Of a stretch of 64,000 nt of DNA, positions 1 through 8,316 are shown one piece after another (position 1 is the stretch's first letter; each line of letters opens with the position of its first letter). The stretch is from NCBI GenBank assembly GCA_039799905.1, contig JBDLRP010000001.1, forward strand, positions 1 to 64,000. Direction: 5' to 3'. The notes below the pieces were generated by a model. The model ran no database searches. It was not told the DNA's origin and saw only the letters and a program-made list of their open reading frames with translations. A program made the translations under genes and the position numbers. Source of the DNA: Pseudomonadota bacterium (lineage in GTDB: Bacteria > Bdellovibrionota_B > Oligoflexia > Silvanigrellales > Silvanigrellaceae).

Positions 1-1
1 C

Positions 2-133
2 AGCGCAGGAGCGGGTGGCGCTGTTATAAGCGGATTGACAGCCACAGCCGCGGCCGCAGGAACTTATTTCATAAAAGTGGAAAAAAACGTCCATTCGCAA
101 GAAACATATACTCTCACGACTAGGTTCCCTTAA
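2..133 (+). CDS. 3' end of a gene entering the window; PPC (pre-peptidase C-terminal)-like domain
   Basis: Manual translation of frame +2 gives ...AAAAGTYFIKVEKNVHSQETYTLTTRFP*, with TAA at 131-133. The AGTYxIxV...YTLT pattern is typical of PPC domains. Not in the ORF track. Confidence 0.55.
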   Translation, partial: SAGAGGAVISGLTATAAAAGTYFIKVEKNVHSQETYTLTTRFP

Positions 134-157
134 TTCGCCTGCATTCCGGAGACGCTC

Positions 158-928
158 ATGAAGTTTCTGATCTATTTTGCAGCGGTCTGCGCGATTGTGT
201 CGCCAGCAGCATACGCACAATCTGCGACCGGAATACGTATCCTTCCGCCGCCTGGTTCGCGCTTGCAAAACAATACGAACAGAGGACAAACACCCCCAGC
301 TCATTCTCTTTTGCCTTCACCATCAGCGAACCCCACACCAGCCAATGAATCGGGCTCCTCCTCTCCGTCAGCAAAAATGCGTCTGGGACTCTTCATTGAA
401 CTTTCGACTGGCTGGCTTGCTGCACAGCCGTCGATTTTATTGGCCGATTATCAGCCAAAGACTGGAATAACCACTGAAGGAAAGTTGTTCTTAAGTGCAC
501 CGCTTGGCAAAGTAACTCTCGATTCGGGTGTGGGAATGTATCTATACTCAGTTGCAGGCGATGAGCCCACGCTGGATGAGAACAACGCTCTTGTCAAAGA
601 CAGCTCTGGAGAAGTCATCATCCAGGAGCAAAGGATTTTTTCATTCAGCACCACCTTTGATACCGCAGTTTCGCTTGAGATTGGCCAACATTTCCTGATC
701 GGTACAAGCCTACAAATAAGACGGCCAGCGGATCTGGGATACGCGAGCACAATAGTCCTCAACAAAAGCGCATATTCGGTGGGTGGACAGTTCGCCTACC
801 AACGAAAGAACGAATCGACTCATCACAGAATTGTCTTGCGAGTTTCGAGGGTTCTAAACAACATCGACTGGACAGACCTTCAGGCTGTCATTGGGTATCA
901 GCTTGGTCTTTCACTTCTGGAAAATTAA
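158..928 (+). CDS. Secreted protein, probable outer-membrane beta-barrel-like
   Basis: Sec signal peptide (AYA-Q), Pro/Ser-rich linker, amphipathic beta-strand pattern ending IGYQLGLSL; GGAG upstream. Confidence 0.6.
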   Translation: MKFLIYFAAVCAIVSPAAYAQSATGIRILPPPGSRLQNNTNRGQTPPAHSLLPSPSANPTPANESGSSSPSAKMRLGLFIELSTGWLAAQPSILLADYQPKTGITTEGKLFLSAPLGKVTLDSGVGMYLYSVAGDEPTLDENNALVKDSSGEVIIQEQRIFSFSTTFDTAVSLEIGQHFLIGTSLQIRRPADLGYASTIVLNKSAYSVGGQFAYQRKNESTHHRIVLRVSRVLNNIDWTDLQAVIGYQLGLSLLEN

Positions 929-967
929 AAAATTTCTGTTTTTTTTTTGGACTCTTAGAATGTTTCC

Positions 968-994
968 TCATGTCTTTGACAGGAATTCCGATAC
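968..994 (+). promoter_or_regulatory. Sigma-28 (FliA)-like promoter TCAT-N15-TCCGATAC
   Basis: Similar to the TAAA-N15-GCCGATAA consensus; ends 7 nt before ATG 1002. Confidence 0.4.
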
Positions 995-1001
995 GCGAGA
1001 T

Positions 1002-2498
1002 ATGAAGAAGTATCTTCTACAAATCTCATCACTTTTAGCGTTGACGGCGTGCAGTGCCAACAGCACAACGTCGGGATGCTCCCAATCACTGTCGACGTTG
1101 AGTGGCGAGACGCCACTCCCCAGTGCAGGAGTCGTTCCGGCGGGTGGGTATGTGGGTTTTGCCGATCGCGGTTGCACTTCGACATTCACGCTGCAGTCGA
1201 TGGATGATTCAAGCATACGACTCAATGCCTTTACCGCCAGCCACTGCAGTCGCGACGACAAAGCCGAGAATGAGGCGATATCGATTGCGATTTACATTCC
1301 CTCTGTAAGCGGACGCGGTGGCGGCTATTTGAAGAATATCCCTGCCCGCGATGAATTTTATGAACGGCGAAAATCCTTCATCGACTCGGTGCGCGCTCTC
1401 AATAACTCACGAGCTTCATACATTGCCGAAGCAATCTCTAAGATTCCTTCCTTTGGCGCCTGGTGGGCATTTGAAGTGCCGACAGGAGCACCGCCGACCA
1501 GTTCACAAGACAATACGAATCGAAATTTATGTCTGCTCAAGGCAAAAACCGATGACACGTACAAGGATTCGTCGTTTAACCACTGCTGGAGTGTGTTCGA
1601 TACCGGCGTTCGTTCACTTGAAATCCGCAAGGCGGACGTCGGCGAAAAGAAATTCCGGATCATCTCAAAGCACCTGCAAAACAAGTCTCAAGAGCAGAAA
1701 AAGCTGTTTGAGACAAATCCGCAGCTGAAGGAAAAGTACGATTATTGGAGTGCGCAAATCAACGGCCGCATGGGCGGATTCCGGCTACTGAATTATGTAA
1801 AACTTGCGGCTTTTTTAAATAGTGAGATCTGCGGCAAGTATCTGCCGGACAATTCTCCCGACAAAGCAGCCTGCAGTGTCCGCCAGAAGCTGATCGATCT
1901 GGGCGGCAAGTTTCTTGTTGAAGTCGACACCGATGGCAAACGAAAGAGTGTCTTCGACAAGGCAAAAGAACTCGGCCTTGGCATCGACGTGCCGATTCCC
2001 GTTCAAGAATACTATGAGCCATTTGCGATCACAGAATTTCAGGACGACATGGAACAAAGGGCCGATGTCCAGTTCCTCGACAAGTACAACTCGACCATAG
2101 CAGAAGTCGGAAAACTCCTTCCGGTGAGCAATAACATTTTTCCAAAACCATCTGACAATTTTCTGATTGCAACCAACCTGTCGCGATCTGCACAGCGCAC
2201 GCAAGAATTTGGCTTGGCAACCTTCAACTCCATCGGCCTCTCCACTCAGGGAGTGGGAGCACAGGGACTCAGCCAGTATGCAGGAATCCTGAAACTCTAC
2301 TTTAAACAGTCTCAGCCACAGGTCAGCTTCAGTAAAGGCGACAGCGGCTCAATGATCACAATAGGCGGAATCGTTCCGTTGCTGGCCCTCAACACTGTCA
2401 ATCAGGAACCAACTTCGGGCGGCGCATCCATTCTGGCCCTTCCTGAAGCCTCCGAAGAAGCCGACAGCCCGCGGGGAAGTCTCTCTGTCTGTAAATGA
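1002..2498 (+). CDS. Lipoprotein with trypsin-like serine protease motifs and a large internal insertion
   Basis: Lipobox LTAC, FTASHC (His codon 1242) and GDSGS (Ser codon 2343). Start moved to ATG 1002. Confidence 0.65.
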   Translation: MKKYLLQISSLLALTACSANSTTSGCSQSLSTLSGETPLPSAGVVPAGGYVGFADRGCTSTFTLQSMDDSSIRLNAFTASHCSRDDKAENEAISIAIYIPSVSGRGGGYLKNIPARDEFYERRKSFIDSVRALNNSRASYIAEAISKIPSFGAWWAFEVPTGAPPTSSQDNTNRNLCLLKAKTDDTYKDSSFNHCWSVFDTGVRSLEIRKADVGEKKFRIISKHLQNKSQEQKKLFETNPQLKEKYDYWSAQINGRMGGFRLLNYVKLAAFLNSEICGKYLPDNSPDKAACSVRQKLIDLGGKFLVEVDTDGKRKSVFDKAKELGLGIDVPIPVQEYYEPFAITEFQDDMEQRADVQFLDKYNSTIAEVGKLLPVSNNIFPKPSDNFLIATNLSRSAQRTQEFGLATFNSIGLSTQGVGAQGLSQYAGILKLYFKQSQPQVSFSKGDSGSMITIGGIVPLLALNTVNQEPTSGGASILALPEASEEADSPRGSLSVCK

Positions 2499-2500
2499 GT

Positions 2501-3589
2501 TTATTCCGGACGCAGCGAATGGCTCAAATCAATTCCGAGTCCAGCCGTGTCCCCAACTGTGATGCGCGGTCCTAAAAAGCGCACTCCGCCTTCGTAGGGA
2601 AGCTGTTGCAGGAATTCTGCTGAATCGAGGTCAACCCAGTAAACCGATGGGTGCATACACGCCAAATGCGCCGCAGCCTGTAGTCCACCTCCCACCTCGA
2701 ACATGCAGCTCATCAGGCAGGGAACTTTGCGCTCGAAAGCCAAATCAAGAATCCGCCGCGCCTCACTCACTCCGCCCGCCTTGATAAGCTTGACGCTCAA
2801 TGCGTGTGCGGCCGAACGATCAAGCACCAAACGCGCCTGTTCGAAAGTCATGGCCGATTCGTCGGCGACAATCGGCACTGCACTTTTTCGGGTGATTGAG
2901 ATCATTGCTTCAATGTTTTCCGCATGAACGGGCTGTTCAATAAAATCGATTGGCCCGCACATTTCGCTGAACCAAGGAATCAGACTCTGAGCTTCTTTCT
3001 CGCTCCAGCCCTGATTGGCATCGAGCCTCAGCGAGACTGTTGCGCCGATGGCTGCGCGCACCGCAAGCACCCGCTGTTTGTCGAGTTCGGCATCCAGCCC
3101 CACTTTTAACTTCAGCGACGTGAAGCCCGCATCCACTGCTTCTTTGGCACATCGCGCCATCGTTTCGGGCGTGTCGACGCTGATGGTCATGTTTGTTGAC
3201 ATGCGTATCGAGTGCATGCCGCCCAGCCATTTCCACAGCGGCTGCCCGCTGCGCCGCGCAGACATATCGTGCAGAGCAACATCAATCGCGCAGAGCGCCG
3301 ACTGACATGCTGCAGCTGCCGAAGCCAATTCCTTTTTCCACATCCAAACATCGTTGATTTCGCATCTGCGCAAATCCGCCAACAAGAGTTTTAAATCAGC
3401 CTGAATCCGCTCGGCGCTGTCGCCGGTGATAGCGGGTGTCGGAACAACACTGCCCCACCCTTCATGACCAGCCTCATCAATCAAGTGAACGGTAATTTCT
3501 TCAAGCTCCGTGACAGTACGCAGTGCAGTCTTGAAAGGGCGCAGCAGAGGCGCTCTGAGCAGTCCAAGAGCTGTGTTCCGGATTCTCAC
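2501..3589 (-). CDS. Dipeptide (L-Ala-D/L-Glu) epimerase, enolase superfamily
   Basis: PFKTALR, KLKVG, DANQ, EQP, ADES and DLD motifs; GTG start at 3589 with GGAGG SD. Confidence 0.85.
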   Translation of the reverse strand: MRIRNTALGLLRAPLLRPFKTALRTVTELEEITVHLIDEAGHEGWGSVVPTPAITGDSAERIQADLKLLLADLRRCEINDVWMWKKELASAAAACQSALCAIDVALHDMSARRSGQPLWKWLGGMHSIRMSTNMTISVDTPETMARCAKEAVDAGFTSLKLKVGLDAELDKQRVLAVRAAIGATVSLRLDANQGWSEKEAQSLIPWFSEMCGPIDFIEQPVHAENIEAMISITRKSAVPIVADESAMTFEQARLVLDRSAAHALSVKLIKAGGVSEARRILDLAFERKVPCLMSCMFEVGGGLQAAAHLACMHPSVYWVDLDSAEFLQQLPYEGGVRFLGPRITVGDTAGLGIDLSHSLRPE

Positions 3590-3738
3590 GTTTTTTCCTC
3601 CAAAGACTCCGTTCATGCTGCACTTTCGCGGCATGATTGGCAAAATTGCCGGAGCCAAATTCTTGAAGGGGAGGCTCTGCTGCTCTGCAAACTTGTTTGC
3701 TAATCTGACTGTGTCGCATCTTTAATGGAGGCTATTTC

Positions 3739-4137
3739 ATGACACGTTTGACCCTCGCCGGATTGTGCGCACTCGCGGTCACGCAAACCTACTGCATCAA
3801 ACAAATGGGTTCTCAAGCCATCGGCGGCGTCTATTCGTGCTCGGTCAAAAAAGGTGAGACACGCCAGACGTGCACAGAATTCAAGAGCCTGTCAGCAAAT
3901 GAGGTCGCCTACTTCAAACAAAAATGCGACAGCGACAGCTCGATGGATGCCGCAATCTGGCAAGACGCTCCGTGCGCCACTGAAGCGCGTCAGGGCGGCT
4001 GCGAACTCAAATTCGCAGACTCCTCGAGCAACATTTCAACAGGCTACGTTGCGTGGGGTTACACAGCCACAGCACTGGCAGCTATAACATCGCCGTCTGC
4101 TTGTGAAAGCAACGGCGGCCGCGTTCTGCAACCCTGA
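3739..4137 (+). CDS. Small Cys-rich secreted or lipoprotein
   Basis: GGAGG SD, signal peptide, several regularly spaced Cys. Confidence 0.7.
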   Translation: MTRLTLAGLCALAVTQTYCIKQMGSQAIGGVYSCSVKKGETRQTCTEFKSLSANEVAYFKQKCDSDSSMDAAIWQDAPCATEARQGGCELKFADSSSNISTGYVAWGYTATALAAITSPSACESNGGRVLQP

Positions 4138-4152
4138 AGTTGCGAATCTCTG

Positions 4153-4941
4153 TCAGGCAGAGATCCTGCTCTGCAGCCTGCATAATTCATCTGCGCAATG
4201 CTCGAGATTGGGCGTTGCATCCATGCGCGCGAGCACTTCGACGACCTCCAGCTCATAGAGCGCCCACACCAAGACATTCGGATGTAGATGGATACCTAGC
4301 GATTCGGCCCGTCTGAACAGAGCCTGAAATCGCTCGGTCACCGACTGCGGATGACACAACCTGCGATCGCGCCAATGCGCAAGAACCTGCTGCACCTCGC
4401 CCGCAAGCGGAGTCATGTGCAGCGCCTGCAAAGCAATTTCCGTCAGTTTTTGCTGATCGAATGCCCATCCGAGATAAAGGCGCGCCAGCTCGCTGCGGAA
4501 TATTTCGTGCCAGCGCGTTCCTGCAGATTCCGGCACCCAGCCGACGAAGTCTTTTTGTTCAGAGAGAAACAACGCATCGGTGCGGCTGCCAAGATCGAGA
4601 AAGAGATCGCTCGAGCTAAGAATCTGGTGCAGGAACAACTGCGTGACGAGCATCACCGGATCAGGCCATCCGCCAGAAATATACTGCCAGTGCGTAAAAG
4701 GAGTTGAGCGCGGCGGCGGCACCTGCATGAGTTTGACGAACGGCAACACCAGCGACAATTCCTGTTGTTTTTTCTCAAGCGCAGCCTGAAAAAATGCCCG
4801 CTCGGCCGTGTATCTCGACATCAGCTTGAGCTGCCAGAGGACTTCACGCGGGCGAAAGCTGCGGGCTGATTCACGCATCGCACGCAGCCAAAAGCTGCGC
4901 GCAGATTCGCTGAGATTCGCATGCTGCAGCATGTGCTCCAT
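4153..4941 (-). CDS. Hypothetical protein, possibly degenerate ABC1/UbiB-like kinase C-lobe
   Basis: ATG 4941 with GGGAGG SD; QLFLHQIL...FLDL resembles the ABC1 FxxQIxxxGFFHAD segment, but the catalytic residues are missing. Confidence 0.5.
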   Translation of the reverse strand: MEHMLQHANLSESARSFWLRAMRESARSFRPREVLWQLKLMSRYTAERAFFQAALEKKQQELSLVLPFVKLMQVPPPRSTPFTHWQYISGGWPDPVMLVTQLFLHQILSSSDLFLDLGSRTDALFLSEQKDFVGWVPESAGTRWHEIFRSELARLYLGWAFDQQKLTEIALQALHMTPLAGEVQQVLAHWRDRRLCHPQSVTERFQALFRRAESLGIHLHPNVLVWALYELEVVEVLARMDATPNLEHCADELCRLQSRISA

Positions 4942-4999
4942 AGCGGTGGCCTCCCTGACCTGTGAAGTCAAGGTAACAGCACGCCGCAAGAGTGCTGAA

Positions 5000-5974
5000 T
5001 CAGAGGTAGGGGAATGTTTCTTGAATGTAATGCTTGGCGTGATTGATCGCCTGCATAGCTTCGGCCGCGCCAGTTCCAATCAATTTCATTTTTCCGGCAT
5101 AGGTTGCAATGTCGCCTGCGGCATAAACACCAGCCAGATTCGTCTGTCGGTTGTGGTCAACCACGATGGCGTTGTTTTCGAGCGAGATTCCCCACTCCTT
5201 GACACCCTCGAGGTTGAAAATGAGGCCGATGGCGACGATCACAATGTCAACGTCATGTTGAGTGACAACCTTTGTGCGCGAATCACGCAACTGAACCCGG
5301 CGGACTTTGCTATCGCCCTCAATGGACGCCAATTCGGCGTAGGTGCGTATTTCGGCGTTGGAGGAATAAAGTTTTTTAACCGTTTCCTCGTGCGCATTGA
5401 AACGATCTGAGCGGTGAATCAGCACCATGTCCTGACACACTTCCATGACCGTCAGCGCGAGGTCGAGGGCACTGTCGCCGCCGCCGACCACCATCACCCG
5501 CTTGCCGCGGAAGTCTTCGAGGTTGTGAACACCATATGTAACACCCATCCCCTCAAACTCGCGCAGCCCCGGAACGTCGAGCCTGCGCGGAATGTGCGCA
5601 CCCATTCCCAAACTCAGCACGACTGTCTTGCTGTGATAAACATGCCCGTCTCGGGTCTCGACGCGGATGATGTTGTTGCGGTTCTTTTGAATGAGTACAA
5701 CTTCCTGACTCAAGCTCACCGGAATGTCGTAGGGAGAGATCTGCGACATCAGATTTTCGAACAGCAGTTTGCCGCGAATCGCTGGGATACCGGGAATGTC
5801 GTAAACCCATTTTTCAGGATAAATGGCAGTCAGCTGTCCGCCGAGCTCGTGCCTGCGGTCGATCAACCGCGCACGCATGTCGCGCAGGCCTGCGTAGTAG
5901 GCTCCGAACAGGCCGACGGGCCCTCCGCCGACAATCAGGACATCATAACATTCCGGATTTAAAAGCTGAGACAT
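5000..5974 (-). CDS. Ferredoxin-NADP(+) reductase (TrxB/YumC type)
   Basis: GGGPVG, LGGQL..IYPEK..YDIPG, GGGDSA and AAGD motifs; no CxxC. Confidence 0.9.
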   Translation of the reverse strand: MSQLLNPECYDVLIVGGGPVGLFGAYYAGLRDMRARLIDRRHELGGQLTAIYPEKWVYDIPGIPAIRGKLLFENLMSQISPYDIPVSLSQEVVLIQKNRNNIIRVETRDGHVYHSKTVVLSLGMGAHIPRRLDVPGLREFEGMGVTYGVHNLEDFRGKRVMVVGGGDSALDLALTVMEVCQDMVLIHRSDRFNAHEETVKKLYSSNAEIRTYAELASIEGDSKVRRVQLRDSRTKVVTQHDVDIVIVAIGLIFNLEGVKEWGISLENNAIVVDHNRQTNLAGVYAAGDIATYAGKMKLIGTGAAEAMQAINHAKHYIQETFPYL

Positions 5975-6052
5975 TTCGGAGGACTACCTCATTTAAAGTG
6001 ACAACTGCCCACTTCATCTTAAGAGCGACTGTTAGCCAAACGCAAACACCAA

Positions 6053-7366
6053 CTATGAGCCGTGACGGATTTTGGGACTAAAGCCCGCTTCTTCGAGCAC
6101 ACCCAGTAGCTCGTATTGATGCTCAAATCCACGAGTCTCGAGGGCCAGTTCGACCTCGACATCGCCCACGTTGACCTGAGCGTATGTACGGTCGTGATAA
6201 ACCTCAAGAACATTCGCATCGACACTCGCTATTTTTTCGAGCAAAAACTTCAGCTGTCCAGGCCGATCGCCAATGCGGGCGGTGATTTTAAGCATACGCC
6301 CCGTAACACCAAGGCCGCGGGTGATCACCCGTGAGAGCATCTGTGGGTCTATGTTTCCGCCACTGACTGTCAGCACCAGATGCCGACCTTCAAAGACACC
6401 CGCATTCTTTCGGGCGGCAGCGATAGCAGCTGCGCCGGCCGCCTCGGCGACCACATGCTCGCGCTCAACCAAGCCCAGAAGAGCAGCAACAATGTCATCG
6501 TCACTGACGAGCAGCATGCGCTCGACCGTGCGTGACATGATTTCGTAATTCACATTTCCTATCAGCCGGACTGCAATTCCATCGGCGATGGTTGCCCTTC
6601 CGGCATGAGTGACAGGCAAGCGCTGCTGCTCATGGAGACTCCTTGCCGCCGAGTCGAAAAATTCTTGTTCTGCACCGAATACGCGACCGGCATTGGCAAG
6701 CTTGAATGACAAACCCACACCAGAAACCAAACCCCCACCACCGACACAGGCAACAAAATCGACGTTGCCGAGCGGCACCTGCGGACACTCTGCGGCAAAC
6801 TGCTCAAGGATCTCCTCGGCGCAAGTCGCCTGCCCCATGACAACGTCGAAATCGTTGTAGGCGTGAAGAAACTCTGCGTTCTGCTGGCGGGCAAAGCTGA
6901 GCGCGGCTTCAAACGCCTCCTCGAGCACATCTCCTACGAGATAGACTTTGGCACCCAGATGTTCGGTCGCACTGCGCTTCACGAGCGGAGTCCGCTTGGG
7001 AAGAAAAATATGCGCTTCACAGCCCATCAGTTTGGCGGCCAGCGCAACACCCTGCGCATGGTTACCTGCGGACGCCGCACACACTTTAAAAGGTCCCTTG
7101 GCCGGATCATGGCGCGCAAGTCTGCGGGCAATAGCCACCAGCGCACCACGCACCTTGAACGAACCATTCGGATTCAGACACTCGAGCTTGAGCCAGACAG
7201 GGATGCCCAATTCCTCGCTCAACCAACTTGAGTAACGCAGCGGACTGGCATGCATGTATTTGCGGACAATGGCAGTGGCTTCGGTAATGCGAGCACGTAA
7301 TGCCTGCACATTGTTCAAATCCGGCAGCTCAGCTTCACCTAAGACTCGGGCGAGCTCTGGCGTCAT
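6053..7366 (-). CDS. ilvA: Threonine ammonia-lyase with C-terminal ACT domain
   Basis: GSFKVRG PLP lysine, SAGNHAQG, VGGGGL, SGGNID and ACT motif DRPGQL. Confidence 0.92.
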   Translation of the reverse strand: MTPELARVLGEAELPDLNNVQALRARITEATAIVRKYMHASPLRYSSWLSEELGIPVWLKLECLNPNGSFKVRGALVAIARRLARHDPAKGPFKVCAASAGNHAQGVALAAKLMGCEAHIFLPKRTPLVKRSATEHLGAKVYLVGDVLEEAFEAALSFARQQNAEFLHAYNDFDVVMGQATCAEEILEQFAAECPQVPLGNVDFVACVGGGGLVSGVGLSFKLANAGRVFGAEQEFFDSAARSLHEQQRLPVTHAGRATIADGIAVRLIGNVNYEIMSRTVERMLLVSDDDIVAALLGLVEREHVVAEAAGAAAIAAARKNAGVFEGRHLVLTVSGGNIDPQMLSRVITRGLGVTGRMLKITARIGDRPGQLKFLLEKIASVDANVLEVYHDRTYAQVNVGDVEVELALETRGFEHQYELLGVLEEAGFSPKIRHGS

Positions 7367-7425
7367 GGTTGACGTTCCCTTCGACTTGCATTTCAATTTT
7401 CGCAAACCCTTACCGTGGCGAGAAT

Positions 7426-8316
7426 ATGAAATTAGCCGAGCTCTGTACAGCCTTCCCCGAAACTGCGGGCAGCGCCGGCATCCGGCGTCCCGGCTCTGCG
7501 CTTCCGCACGCATTGCAGCTCAAATTGCGCGCGCAGCGCGGACATCTGCAAGCCTCGCTGGACACACATCCACAGCGGAGTGCCAACCGGCTCGGCCTTG
7601 GCCTGCGTCCCTACGAATCGGGCGATTCGCTGCGCGCGGTCGCGTTGCGCCCGTTGCTTCTGCAGGAACAGCTTCTCACGCGCACCGATGTCTCCGCCGG
7701 CCGTTTCCACGTGACCATCATCGTACACAGCTATGCAAATATGAATTTCAGATCTGACCCGCAGGGCCCAAGCAAAAATCAACTGGCTTGGGCAACAGCC
7801 GGAATTCTGCAGAATCTTCACGATCAGCAGGCTCAAAAAGTGGATCTGCTCACACTCGGCGGGGCCGACCTGCCGGCGCAGATGATCCAGCACGCAGCGC
7901 GCATCAGGCGCTCGCATTTTTGTTACGTTATTACAGACCTCCTTTTCAATTCCACCGACCAAAGTGCTGCCGCACGTGAAATTTCTGCTGCTCTTTCAAT
8001 TTTGCACCTTCGCCGCGGGATGGTGCTTGTCATCCGCGACCCACTCGAATCACCAAACCAGCAGCTCGCTGGTGCAGCCCGCGTACTGACGTTTGAACCG
8101 CCACAGGGCGTGAACGGACAAGTCGACGCCGACAAAGGCGATGAAAAGCATTCGGGAGAGGGCTACGTCGCAAATCTTCGTGCACAGCTTGAGAATCTGC
8201 AGCAACAACTGAATAGCTTTGGCTGGAATTCACTTCTCGTGACGGCAAATGATGAAACCGATCACTTTGCGAAACAATTATCGGTGCGCCTGGCCGGTCT
8301 GAGGATTTGCCAATGA
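7426..8316 (+). CDS. DUF58-family protein (divergent)
   Basis: LRPYESGDSLR matches the DUF58 RxYxPGDDxR motif; ITDL and DPLE also present; ATGA overlap with the next gene. Confidence 0.7.
   Translation: MKLAELCTAFPETAGSAGIRRPGSALPHALQLKLRAQRGHLQASLDTHPQRSANRLGLGLRPYESGDSLRAVALRPLLLQEQLLTRTDVSAGRFHVTIIVHSYANMNFRSDPQGPSKNQLAWATAGILQNLHDQQAQKVDLLTLGGADLPAQMIQHAARIRRSHFCYVITDLLFNSTDQSAAAREISAALSILHLRRGMVLVIRDPLESPNQQLAGAARVLTFEPPQGVNGQVDADKGDEKHSGEGYVANLRAQLENLQQQLNSFGWNSLLVTANDETDHFAKQLSVRLAGLRICQ

Noticed and set aside
939..948. T10 run as a phase-variation tract or terminator
   Set aside because: Intergenic once the start is placed at 1002; no convincing stem and no evidence of variation.
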